From NCBI GenBank assembly GCA_051294375.1, contig CM119263.1, forward strand, positions 7,509,843-7,549,262: a stretch of 39,420 bases of DNA, given 5' to 3'. This document shows positions 1-11,653 of the stretch, one piece after another (positions within the stretch are counted from its first letter, which is position 1; every line of letters begins with the position of its first letter). Made by a program: the position numbers and the translations under genes. The notes beneath the pieces were generated by a model. That model saw only the letters and a list, made by a program, of their open reading frames with translations. It was not told where the DNA came from and did no database searches. This DNA comes from Paraspadella gotoi. Its lineage: Eukaryota > Animalia > Chaetognatha.

Positions 1-1950
1 GCTTTGATTCACTATTTCTCTTTACTATCTTCCTCCCTTTTTTCTATCACTTCCCTTCCACCATCTCTCCCTTTAATCCTCTCCCGGATAAAAATTCGAT
101 CGTCACTCGCTTTTTTTTTTTAACTAACCCTCTTCCCTCCCTTTCATTTCCTTTCCTTTCCTTTCCTTTCCTTTCCTTCATTCCCTCTGTCTCAGATCTT
201 CGAAACGATTTTTTTTTGGGGGGGGCGTTTTTTTTTCTCTCTCTCTTTCACTCTCTCATCTCTCGTCTCATCTCTCTCCTTTTTTTCTCTCTCTCTCTCC
301 TCCTTTCTCCTCTCTTCCCTTCTCGCTTTAACCATTGCTCTTCTGTTTTTTTCGAACGGACCATTTTTTTCTTCACGCATTCTAGATTCGCCGCGAGTGT
401 CGCTGCTGATGGTTTTCCCTCCATTTTCGTCGGATGTCCGCCTTAACTGGATGGCGTTGGTGAGTCGAAGGGGGGCCGGTGAGGGGTGGAAAGGAGAAAC
501 GAAGAGAGTGGCGGGGGGGGGTGGAGGCGCGTTGGAATAATGGGTGCCGCCGTGGGGGCAGATAATGGTTATAGCGCCGTTCCTATTGGAAAAATGCTGA
601 AAATAGCTCGGTCGAAGGAGAGAGAAGGAGAGAGGAAAAAAAGGCTCTTACGCTGAAATTTATCCGACGATATCTTCGCGGCAGAGTTTGCGTTTTCCGT
701 TGTTGTCGTTGTTGTTTTAGTCACGGTCGATGCTTGTTTAGCTTGGTATATTTTGTTTCGTTTTTATTTTTTTTGTTAATTTGTTTTTTGGTTTCGCGTC
801 GGCATCTTTTTTCGCGGACGCCGCCGACCGACGCCATCTCGTCTTCTCTCGTCTCGTGTCGCCATCTTTTTTTTGGTTTTCTCCGTCGCTTGCCATTTGT
901 GTTTTTTTTTTTCTTTCTTTCTTACTTTATTTTTGAGAAAAAGGGGGAAAAAAAGAAAAGTTTTCGTTCCTAAAATTCCTTTTATTTTTCGAGAGCCTCG
1001 TCGACTTTGAGTTTTAAGTCCAAAGTCTTTCGCCGCTAAAAAGCTTTTTTTTAAAAAAAAAAAAAATAGCAAAAAAGAAAGCAGAAAAGAGATAGAGAAA
1101 GCAATCCTTTGGATTTTTAACGCCGACCGCATGATGGCGTTTTGGAGGAGACAAACCAACTAAAAAAAAAGTTTTTCCTTTCTTATTTTTATCACCGTTT
1201 CATTTTTGAGTTTTGCCTACAAAAAAGGGGGAAAAAGGTTCTATTTGCTTTTGCTATATTTTTCATCTTCTTTTTTATATTTTTTTATTACGGGCCTTGA
1301 ATGTCTTTTACTTGCTTTCTTTCTGTTTCTTGTTGTTTCTTTCATTATTTCTTTTTCTTTCTTTTGTCGAATTATTTTATATCGAGGTTCCGTTGTCAGT
1401 TAATTCCTTAGTCCGTCTTTTTTAAAAACTGAATTTAATACGACAATCGATTTTCTTCCTCCCTCTTCTACTCCGTATCGATCGTGGTCAAACTGCTGCT
1501 TTACTTAAGATATCATCTCACACGTCCCTCTGTTTTCCCGCCACTTCTACCACTCTCTGCCACTTTAACTCCATCTCCCGGACACTCTTCTCCCCTTTCA
1601 ATCTTCTCTCGACGGCGAATGCGCCGCACGATCGGAACCAAGATTTTAATGAGGTCTTTAACTCGTCATTTGGGATCCAGCGAGGGGGGGAGTAATAGAG
1701 GGGGGGGGACGATGAGTGGATCGGTGATTGGTGTGAGAGAAGACTGTGAAGAAAAGAGAATAGGAAGAGTGAATATTTTAACGGAGTCTCTCGCTCTTTC
1801 GTTTCAGTTACATCCTGGTCGCTCGGGAATGTTGAATTCCCCACATCCGGGTGCCTGAAATTCGATTCGACCGAGTTTAAATCTTTGACCGACTTTTTTT
1901 CGAGAGAAAGAGAAAAGTTGAAACGACTGATCCAAAGCCGCTTAAATCGC

Positions 1951-2050
1951 ACCGTGTCAAATCCTGTCAGGCCGTGTCAAATGGTCTCACGGTGTTTTGA
2001 ATAGTGACGTTCCGTGTCAAACGGTGTTTTAAAGGCGCACTACGTCAAAT
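1951..2050 (+). repeat. Cluster of short direct repeats: CCGTGTCAAA x3 and ACGGTGTTTT x2
   Basis: accgtgtcaaatc, gccgtgtcaaatg, tccgtgtcaaacg, plus variants cctgtcag and cgtcaaat, within 100 bp. Confidence 0.75.
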
Positions 2051-2431
2051 CTTACCATAGATACCATAGATAGATACATACCTTCAGAGGTTACATTACG
2101 GCTAAAAAATTTGAGACTTGCCGTAATTAACCGTTCATGATTTGACTGTCATCCACGTTAACTATTTATTAATCTTGTGAGAAAACATTTTTTTAAGTCC
2201 CATACCTTATCCAAAGGCGTATTGGTTCTCACAGTGCCATTTCATTGGCTACTCCGCCGCCATTTTTGTGTCTTGCTACGTCAATCGAGTTTCTCTCTCC
2301 CGCGACGTCATTTCCAGTCCAATTCTTTGCGTCAAACATTTTTTCTTCGGCCAAAAATATCATCTTCTTTTTTTCACTCAAAACTGAAAAAAAATGTCAT
2401 GAGGATTCCATGAAGCGGGAGTCATCTGTCG

Positions 2432-2473
<42 letters not shown>

Positions 2474-4126
2474 CTCCCTCTCCTCATCTCTCTGTCAAAG
2501 GTTCATTCTTATAAATTTCGATTCGTCACCGAAAACCTCGTTTCGAATTTGTTTCTCTCTTGAGGTCGTCAAAAAATGGCATTTCCTCTATGCTCTCTTT
2601 CCATCCCACCGCACTCTCTCTCTCTCTCATCTCTCTCGTCTCTATCTCTCTCTCTCGTACTCTGCATCGCTCTCTCTCTCTCTCGTCGTCTCCTCGCTCT
2701 CTCTCGTCTCCCTCTTTCTCTCAACTCTCTCTCTCTCTCTCTCTCTCCTCTATCTCCCTCCGTCCTCCAAGAGGATCGTCGAAAATTTCTTTTTCGAGGT
2801 CAACCAAATTTTTGTTTATTCTGCTCGGAAGTAAATTTTTTGTGTGTACAGTGTGTATTTTTTCATCGGTTTTTTTTTTTTTTTTATTTCCGTCGTCATA
2901 TTTTTTTTTGTCATTTTTCGATGTTTATTTTGGTTTCGCGTCGAAGTTAATTTGCTTTTTTTTTCAGTTTCTGGTTCGAGTGTTTGTTTATGTTTTGATA
3001 TTCATGCTTTTTCTCAAATTTTTGAGTTTTTGTAGCTTCAAAATGTTTTAAAAAGTTATCTCTCTCTCTCTCTCGGTCGGTGTCTCGTCGCTCGTCTCGT
3101 CTGCTCGAATCTCTCTTCTCCTCTCTCGTCTCCTCTCTACTTTGTCTCCCCTTTCGAAAAAGAAAGATGAGTCCGCCACGAAGAAGACAGGTTAAATTGT
3201 TGTTTTTGTACGTCGTTTTTCAATTTCTCCTTAGCTGATTACGAATCTTCACTCTGTTTTCTTAAATTTCTTTTTGAAGAAAGATTTCAAATTGAAACTC
3301 ACATGTAAAACGTCAATCCCCGCCATTTTGTGAAGAAAAAAAATCAGAGAAAAAGTTCAATCAATTCTTTGCCTTTTCTTTTCCATCTTTTCTCTTTCGT
3401 TTCTCCTTCCTCACTTTTTTTTACATTTTTCTTCGTGTTTTCTTTTTTCTCCATTTTTATCTCTCTACTTATTCTCTTCCTCCTTCTATCATTCCTCTTT
3501 TCATTAATTTTCCTTCTCATTCTCTCTCGTCTTGATCTTAACCTTTTTTCTTTTTATCTTTTCTCCAACTTCTCCTTTTCCTCCCTTACCCTTTCCTTCC
3601 ATTTTTTCTTTTCTTTTTTTTTCAATTTCACTCCTTTTTAAGATTTTTTTTTTTAGCGAAGTGGGTTTCCTCCACTTTTTTTTTCTTTTAGTCGCTCGTG
3701 GGTTAAATTTATTTTGTTTGAAAAGTGGATCAAACTCGAAACTTCCTTTTTTTTTCCTTTTTCCTCCACTTCCTCTTCATCCTCATCTTCCTCTCTCAAT
3801 TTCTATTTTCTTCTTCTTCTTCTGCCTCCCTTTCCTCCCTCTTCTTCCTCTTGTTTGACTCAAATTTTCAGTTTCGCTTCTTCGAGTTTTGCTCTTCATT
3901 TTAATTCAAACTCCCGGCATCACGTCTCCTTTCCTTTTTCCTCCCTCCCCCTCAGCCTCAACCACCCCACCCCCCCCAAACTCCTCACCCCTGACCCAAC
4001 AGTCGATTTCTCATCCTGACACGACTACTCCAACTCGATTGCCCGAAGCAGACTCACCCAGAAACTTACCGATTCGTCTGGAAGTTCTAAACGGCCCTTT
4101 GCCATTGCGTGCCTAACCCACCCCGC

Positions 4127-4173
<47 letters not shown>

Positions 4174-4898
4174 CTCTCATATCTCTCTCTCTCTTCTCTC
4201 TCTCTCTCTCCCTCTCGTCAATTCTTCATTTCCCATGGAATTTATCTTCATGTCGTTCTTCATTCCTCTTTCATTTCTTCCTCATTTACGCTTCATTTAC
4301 GCTTCATTTCAAATTCAAATAACTTGTTTTTTATTTCTTTTTAATGTTTTCCCCCGTTTTATCTCTTCCGCCCATATTTTTTTTGTCTTCACATATCTTT
4401 CCATTTTTTTTTCTTTTATATTTTTTTTCACAGATGCTTAAATTTTCTTTTCTTTTTTTTTTAAAAGGGTTCCCTTGTGTTTCATTTTTTTAGTTCCTTC
4501 TCTCTTTTGGTTGTGGCTTTTTGTTTCAAGTTTATTGATTTGTAATTTTTATTTAATATATTGTAGTAAGGTCCGTCTAATACTATTACTCACTGGTCTC
4601 GTCCTTCAACTCATTTAAATCTGCCTCAGCCTCTTTTTTTTTTCAAATTATCTTAGATATTGAGATCTTTTAATACAATATTCTGTATTTGTATCAAGAG
4701 AGTTAAAACAATTAAAACATTTCATAACTCTCTCTCAACGGGCATTCCTCATTCCTCTTCTCCTCTTTTCTACATAAAAATTTCTTCTCATCAAAAAAAA
4801 CAAAAGGTTTTATAATCGCGACTTAAAACTCCCACAATCGTCGGCCATCAATCGTTTATCTCGTCCAATTGCCGTCGACTTGAATTCCACTTTTTCAT

Positions 4899-4921
4899 TC
4901 TCTCTCTCTCTCTCTCTCTTC

Positions 4922-4984
<63 letters not shown>
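4899..4984 (+). repeat. (CT)n microsatellite, lightly interrupted
   Basis: Read directly. Similar tracts at ~2434-2490, ~4130-4210, ~22091-22199, ~24696-24888 and ~25784-25869. Confidence 0.95.
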
Positions 4985-4985
<1 letters not shown>

Positions 4986-5341
4986 TCTACTCACACACAC
5001 AGCAGTGAAATGGTTTTTGCCGAATTAGGTTTTCAATGCCCGCCATTTTCCCCTTTTCGGCCCGTATAAAGTTCTCCACCCCACTATTTTTTTCTTTTTT
5101 TTTGTCACTTCACTCCCTCGTTGCCTACTCTCATCTTCCTTCCACAGCCCTTCTCGTCCTCCCTCTTCGCTTCTCTTTCCCTCTCATCCCCCTCTCTTCC
5201 CCCTGTCTCTCCCAAAATTTTCCCTCGTGTCGCCCGAAAACACAAAATTTTCACGAAGTTTGGATTTTTTGATTTGTCGTTTTTCAAATTGATTTTTCTC
5301 TTTCTCTGCTTCTCTCTCTCGCGCGCGCGTTTTCTCGCCAG

Positions 5342-5597
5342 CGGCGTGTCGAAGGTGGCGGCGGTGGCGGCGGTGGCACCTCATGTGCCGGTTAGTAGTG
5401 ATCGATTAAGTATGCCAAAGATGGAGTTGGTCTATGCTGACAAAGACAATAATGACAATACATCTCGTAATGGTTCAGTGTCTGTTTTAAAGTCGAGACC
5501 GTCAGAGGTAGAAACGACGCCAACGACGGTGGCGCCACCATCCACGACATCAACGATCATCGGAAGTGACGATTGGCGCCGGTTTATTCCTTCGTCG
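5342..5597 (+). CDS. Candidate internal exon, disordered Ser/Thr-rich peptide, unknown protein
   Basis: Pyrimidine tract plus acceptor tttctcgccag|c. High-complexity open frame GVSKVAAVAAVAPHVPVSSDRLSMPKMELVYADKDNNDNTSRNGSVSVLKSRPSEVETTPTTVAPPSTTSTIIGSDDWRR between low-complexity flanks. Donor position is ambiguous. Confidence 0.4.
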
Positions 5598-5874
5598 GTT
5601 TTTTTTTTTTTTTTTTTTTTGGCCGGTGGGCGTTGACGCCGCGAATTCGCCTTTGGAATTCTTTTCATTTTTTTATTTCATTTTCTCCTTTTTTTCCCTT
5701 TTTTTATTTTCTTTCTTTTTTTTTATTTCGCGGGTCTTTCAACTTTCAATTCGACTGTCAACTTCAATTTTCTTTGTTTGTTTTGACCTTTGCTCCATCG
5801 AACCGAAAAAATGGAAAAACGCGTCGGAAAAAGTGGAGAAATAGAAAAATAGTGGAAAATAAAAGGAGGCAAAC

Positions 5875-5977
<103 letters not shown>

Positions 5978-6433
5978 TCGTTTTAAAATCCAAAACAAAA
6001 TTCGATTTAATCTTGATGTTTTTCAGTTCTGCCCTTTCCTTCTTTTTTTTATGTCTTTTTTATTTGTTTTCTTTCGGATTTTTTCTTTCTTTCGTTTTTC
6101 CTCTTTTTTACTCGTTCAATTCTGGGGACCTTTTACGGCGTAAGTAAAAAGATTAATGCTTTGTTAAGCCTAAGGTATTAGATTTTTACGTCAAATACGT
6201 ATATCATTCAAATATCACCCTCTTTTTTCCATCATCTAAGTTCATTTTTAAATCTTCACACTTTCTTCTTTCCTCTCTTCTTTTTTTCTTTCCTCCATTC
6301 CTCCATTCCTCCCTCGTCACACGTCCCTCCTCCCCTTCTTCCTCCCTCTTCCTTTCCTCGTATCCTTGTGATCTCTTTTTCTCGAATGTCCAAAGTCACG
6401 TGATCGACAAAAACTGGGTTCATTCTACTGTAG

Positions 6434-6564
6434 CCGCTGCTGCGGCGTCTGACTGCGTCCTACCGCCCAAAAAGCCGCCGAAGCGCCCAAAAAAAGAAGC
6501 GGAAAAAGCGGAAGAAGCGGAAGAAGCGGTGAACGCGGGAAAAAGCGGCGTGGGTCGAGAGTGA
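6434..6564 (+). CDS. Candidate exon, Lys/Glu/Ala-rich
   Basis: Acceptor ttcattctactgtag|cc. Frame AAAASDCVLPPKKPPKRPKKEAEKAEEAEEAVNAGKSGVGRE*. GC-rich relative to flanks, but an antisense ORF also overlaps. Confidence 0.3.
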
Positions 6565-6959
6565 GAGTAATTTTGCCCACAACAACAACCGCCTGTGGCG
6601 GCGGCGAAGACCGACGGAGGCCTCATCTGCAGCTGCCGCGGCTGACGCGGATGAAATGCCTTTGCCCTACATAAGAACCAAACTCATCGGCGTCTCTACT
6701 TCCGGTGTTTGAATTGGAGTCTCTTTGGCGATGAGGAAAGTCGATGATTGGGACGACAAAGACGAAGAAGACGACGACGAAAATGACGACGATGAAGACG
6801 ATCGTCTCGTAATTAGGGTCGCAGGTGCAGGACGAGACGTTGTCGTTCGTCAACAGGTGCAGAGAGACGTTGGTTACTAAGGAAAAGCGAAAACCTTTTA
6901 TTTTTTCTTTAAAAGTTGAAAGTCAATTGAATCTTTTACTTTCGGTTACGTGATTTCGA

Positions 6960-7255
6960 TTAAATTCCATTCGCGACCTCGACTGACATTTCGTCGTGGG
7001 TCGCGATGTCATTGGAGACGGGAGTCTGAGACAGAGTAGGGGATGGCATCGGAGACTGGTGTCGGAGATGGCATCTTTTATGGAATCCGTGATGGCATTG
7101 GAGATGGCATCAAAGACGGCGTTTGATAAAACGGCGGAGATGGCGTTGGATAAGGCGTCATTGATGGCATCGAAGAGGCAGTTAGAGATGTCATCAGAGA
7201 CGGAGTTAGAGATGGCATCGGAGACGGCGTCGTAAATGGCAATGGAATAAACTTT
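6960..7255 (-). CDS. Candidate terminal exon encoding a [D/N]-A-[I/V/L]-S tetrapeptide-repeat protein (two 1-nt insertions)
   Basis: Acceptor ttcttcgctag|aaa at 7255. Reads KVYSIAIYDAVSDAISNSVSDDISNCLFDAINDALSNAISAVLSNAVFDAISNAITDSIKDAISDT/VSDAIPYSVSDS/VSNDIATHDEMSVEVANGI*. Removing one base near 7057 and one near 7021 restores both the frame and the 12-bp period. Second codon positions are largely conserved, while first and third positions vary. Confidence 0.55.
7002..7231 (-). repeat. Degenerate 12-bp tandem array, 19 units, consensus GATGCCATCTCC
   Basis: Units read directly: gacgccgtctcc, gatgccatctct, aactccgtctct, gatgacatctct ... aatgacatcgcg. 230 bp = 19x12 + 2. Confidence 0.9.
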
Positions 7256-7665
7256 CTAGCGAAGAATGCCACTTTTTTAGTCGTGAGAATTTTTGTGTCT
7301 CCGACGTGAAACACTATTCGAGTTTTCTTCCTTTTTTCAATTTTTTTTGACAAAAAAGGGAAAAAAAGGAAAATTTTTCTTTTTATTTTTCTTTTTTTTT
7401 CGCCATCCATTCAAAGAATCCCTTCACGAATTTAAAACACGTCGTATTTTTTGTACTCAAAAGCTGAAAACGTGTATTGAAAGGTTTTTCATTTCCTTCA
7501 ATCCACTGTCCCCTTTATCCGTTGTCGCATCTCTCTTTTTTTTTTATATATGCGCCATTTTATTCTTTCCTTCTTTTTTCATCTTTTCTCTCGCTTTTTC
7601 GATATTTTATCCCATTTTTGTATAATATTTTGCGTCAACCGTTTGAGAATTGAAAAGGGTTTCTC

Positions 7666-7697
<32 letters not shown>

Positions 7698-7925
7698 NNN
7701 NNNNNNNNNNNNNNNNNNNNNNTCTCTCTTCTCTCTCTCACCACTCTCGTCGCCTCTCGGACGTCTGCCATTGCCTCCCCCCCCACCTCCCGAGCCAAAA
7801 AAACAAAAAAGAATCTTGGCCATTCTGAAAGTTCAAATGGAATGTGGAACGATAATGTAAACGCCAACGAAAAAGCTTAAACCCGGAGAAAAAAAAAAAG
7901 AGCGGAAATGATAAAACGAGGGAAC

Positions 7926-10900
7926 GGGATTCGATTAGTGGACATTCACGAGAAAGGCAGGGGCTCGCCGTTCAAATCGACCGCAAGAGAAAGAAAGAAA
8001 ACGACCCCTGATCGAAGAGAGAGAGAGAGCACAAAAACACAAAAAGAGGGCGAGTGGAAGATGGCGTTTGGAGTTTGGGGCTTTGAGGTAGTCCTCGTCC
8101 GGTGGTTTGCGTAGAGAAAGAAAGAGAGGCCGCGTGGTTAAATAGGATAGAGTTTTATGGACGCGACTTTTTTTTCAGTGTGAGAGGGTGTGCTTTTAGT
8201 GTTGGTAAAAAGGGATAAACGTAGATTTCACAAAGTCGATGGGTCTCAGCGAATAGTTCGCTATTAAAATTTCTAATTTCAGATATTAGTAAATGATTAA
8301 CGTTTACTTCAAATGCCATATTTTTTGTAAACTGTTAAAACTTCAAGTTTCTCGTCAAATTCATGTTGAAGGTTCGTCATACGGGTGACGTTACATAGTA
8401 GACTAATTTTTACTATCATTGAGGATGGTACTTATCAGTCCGTGACTTCTCTTGACTCGGAAACCTCGGGCTTTTAAGAGTTTTTTTTTTTTTTTTTTTT
8501 CACGCTTTTTCCGGAACTTTTCGTGGTCCGCGACCTTTCGATTCGCGGTGATAAATTGAATTTCGCTCACTCGTTCGAATTGTTTTTTGTCCGGTCCGCG
8601 GAAGAAAAGACTGGGGGTGGGGGGTTTGGGTGCGGGGGAGTTTCATGACCTTCCGAGAGGAGGTAAGTAAACTGGAAAACAGGGTGCAGTAAAAATAGAA
8701 CCGACGTTGAATAAGTATTGGTTGAAGAAAAATTGAACTACATAACGAAGGGGAACAGATATCTGTTGGCTCTGGTCACGATAAAAGGAAGTTGAAAAGT
8801 ATTAAAAAATAGTGAAAAAGTATCAAAATAAGAAAAAAAAGTAGAAAATTAAACTAAAATTCTAAATAACTACTCAAGGTGGTCAAAGTAAAGAAAACAA
8901 CTGGCTTCTTTAAAAATCTATATATATTGAAATTGAAAAACTTTTATTGAAAAATTCTTTGCATTACTTGCGAGCCCATGACTGAAAAAAAGGCATATGT
9001 CTTCCAGTTGCGGCAAAGAGAATCGATGTGTAAGAATAAAAAAAGAACGCTTGAAAAGCATGGAAATGCGGCAGAAAGTGTGTAACAAGCATGGGAAACT
9101 ACTGAAAAACGATCTTTGCAAAGCATCGAGAAATAAAAAGGGAAGGTGCATGAAAATGGGCAGGAGAGGCATCCTCGCTGCCCAAGTCTTTTGTTTTGCG
9201 CCGTCGAAGGAGATAAATCGTTGTAAAGTAAGCGCAGGCTACAATATTAAACCCCTTTTCTCAGCAAAAACGCGACGGACGATGGGAAGAAACGGAAAAA
9301 AAAAAATTGAAAAAAAAAAAATAGCGATGGCATAGCGAATAGGGACAGTATCGCTTTCGGCAACCGGATAATCGTTATCCGTGTTAAACCCATTTTTTTT
9401 TTACAAGGGAAAAAAAATTCGGTTTTTATTCAATAATACGTTTTGTCCGACGAGACAGGATGGGGGGGGAGGAGAGTGGGGTCGAGTAAGGAGGAGAGAT
9501 GGAAGATAGGAATAACGAGGAGGGTAAGATGAAGAGGAGTGATACAATGGGGGGGTGTGGGGAAAATATAGGGAAGAGTTGTGAAAAAGATGGTAACAGG
9601 GCTGTAAGGGGATCGACGAAGAGTCGTGGAAAAATTAGGATTGACGATTTTGAGAGCAAGTGGAAAGATGAAGAGACAGCAGTTGGAAAATTGGAACTGT
9701 GGATGTTGCATGAATTTTCAACTGTGGGTAATGGTCTGTGGGAGCCTGAGGACCTGTGAGGTTGGTGCTTCACAGTTCATACTGAATGAGAGAGATTAGA
9801 GCGAGAGAGAGAGAGAAAAGAGAGAGGAGGCAGAGAGAGAGAGAGAGAGAGCAGACGAGATGACGACGACGAGACGAGAGGATGTAGAGTTAGATTCGTA
9901 ACGAAAGAGGGACTGTGAATGTAAAAGCAAGGAAGGCCGTGCGCTCGGGTGTGATCCAATCCGCAAAACAAAGTGAAAGGTTTCGGAGAGTTTTAAACGA
10001 TTCCTTTTGCCGAAAATTTCGGTTCGCAACGTCCTTCAAGTGGGGGGGAGGAGAAGAGCGAGGACTTAGTCACGAGGGGCAGTTAATTGGAAAAGGGAAG
10101 ACGTGGATTTCTGGTGGGAGAAAACTTGCCATTTTAAATAAATCAGTTTAATACTTGTTAGAATGATAAGCATTAATCAGTGATGCCGTCAAAAGCGTTT
10201 AGAATGCTAACTCAAAAATATTATATGGCACGGGATCGTACTTGTACTTCTAGGGCAGATAAAAAAAGGTGCCGATACTTCATCAAAAAACGGAATTATG
10301 AAAAAAAAAAACAAGGAAATTGAATTTCACCACTAGAGCCAAGAACCCAGTAGAGGGAAATGTTTCGTAATGTTGAAAAGAGCAGTGAGATGCCGTTGGG
10401 TGGATATTTGGGTGACAATATTTTCCGGAAGGGCGTATACTTCGGTCTTGCCTTCGTTGCTTCTATAGTTTGATATCTTTTGCGAATTAATATTTGATCG
10501 TTTGTAATTCAATTGCTTTAATACTTCACAGGTTTGAGTTTTGAAATTGTTCAGAATGTTCAAATGTCAATGATCGTCATTAATTGTACTTTCAAGAACG
10601 AATACCGTTTAGATTTTGAAAAGAGAGATTACATCTGATAATTTGAAGCGGAAATAGAAATAAAAAAAAAGTTAAGAAGTAAAAAAAGATATGAAAAATA
10701 TATGTAGCGAAGGAAGAAACAGAAATTGAAGCAAGAAGAAGAAAAAGACAAAATAAAGGAAAAAAAGGGAGAAAAAAGGGAGAATAAAGAATAAAAAAGG
10801 ACAAAAAGAAAAAAAAGAAAAAAAGAAAAGGGAAAAGAGGAAAGAAGAATGAAAGCGTGAAGAGAAAAGCGAAGGAGAGACGGAACGATATTCTAATTTG

Positions 10901-11616
10901 CCATTCGACTCACGAGAATTACCCATTTTACTATCCCACCTTCACCCTCGGACCCTCACCCCCACCACCCTCTCACCACCCTCAGATCAAACCACCACCC
11001 CCACCATTCCCGCCCTTCCTCTCCGTCCGTCCCTCTCCTTATGGGTGTCCTCGCTCCACAGTTTTCTACTTTCAAGGTTTAAAACCTGTTCCCGTCAACG
11101 AGCAAGGCGAGACGAGAGAGGAACGAGAGAGGCATGACGAACGGAGATAGAGAGAGAGATGGCAGAGAGAGAGGTACGAGAGGGCCGAGAGTCGCCGAGA
11201 GGAGAGAGAGATGACGGAGAAGGTAGAAGGAGAAACATCAGGGCTCAGGTACAGATAGCGAGAGAGGACACACACACAGCAGAGACAGAGGAAGGACGAG
11301 ATAGGAAAGAAAAAAAACAGAATGTACACTTGTCTCGACATTAGAGGAATTTCGTCTCGCTTCCTCAACTCTTCCTCCTTCTCCTCATCTTCTTTCTCTA
11401 TCAAAATTGGCCACCGTCCGCTAAGACTGAAAAAAATAGAAATCGAAAAAGCAAAATAAAAAGCAGCAAGAAGAAGAAAAAAAAAGAAGAAAGAATGGAA
11501 ATGATTGAATTGATAGAGAAGGAAAAAAATTTGGTTTGGAAGACAAGAGTGCAAGAAATGGGGTTCGGATTTCTCTCCTCTCTCTCATCTCTTCTCTCTC
11601 TGCTCTCTCTCTCTCT

Positions 11617-11617
<1 letters not shown>
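7926..11617 (-). repeat. Copy A of ~3.7-kb block (reverse complement of copies B and C)
   Basis: Identical ORF translations mirror at x<->24530-x (e.g. 11072..11554- vs 12976..13458+) and x<->27495-x (vs 15941..16423+). Confidence 0.95.

Positions 11618-11653
<36 letters not shown>

Noticed and set aside
386-459. Possible exon tctag|...|gtgagt (SPRVSLLMVFPPFSSDVRLNWMAL)
   Set aside because: Splice sites are plausible, but the peptide is uninformative and the antisense frame is equally open.
6996-7410. ORF-track readings EMAS-repeat (+) and TPSP-repeat (-)
   Set aside because: The substitution pattern among 12-bp units best fits the DAIS frame on the minus strand.
11590-11650. SMRTbell adapter at the palindrome centre
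   Set aside because: Only CT/GA repeats are present; the adapter loop (CAACAACAACGGAGGAGGAGG or its complement) is absent.
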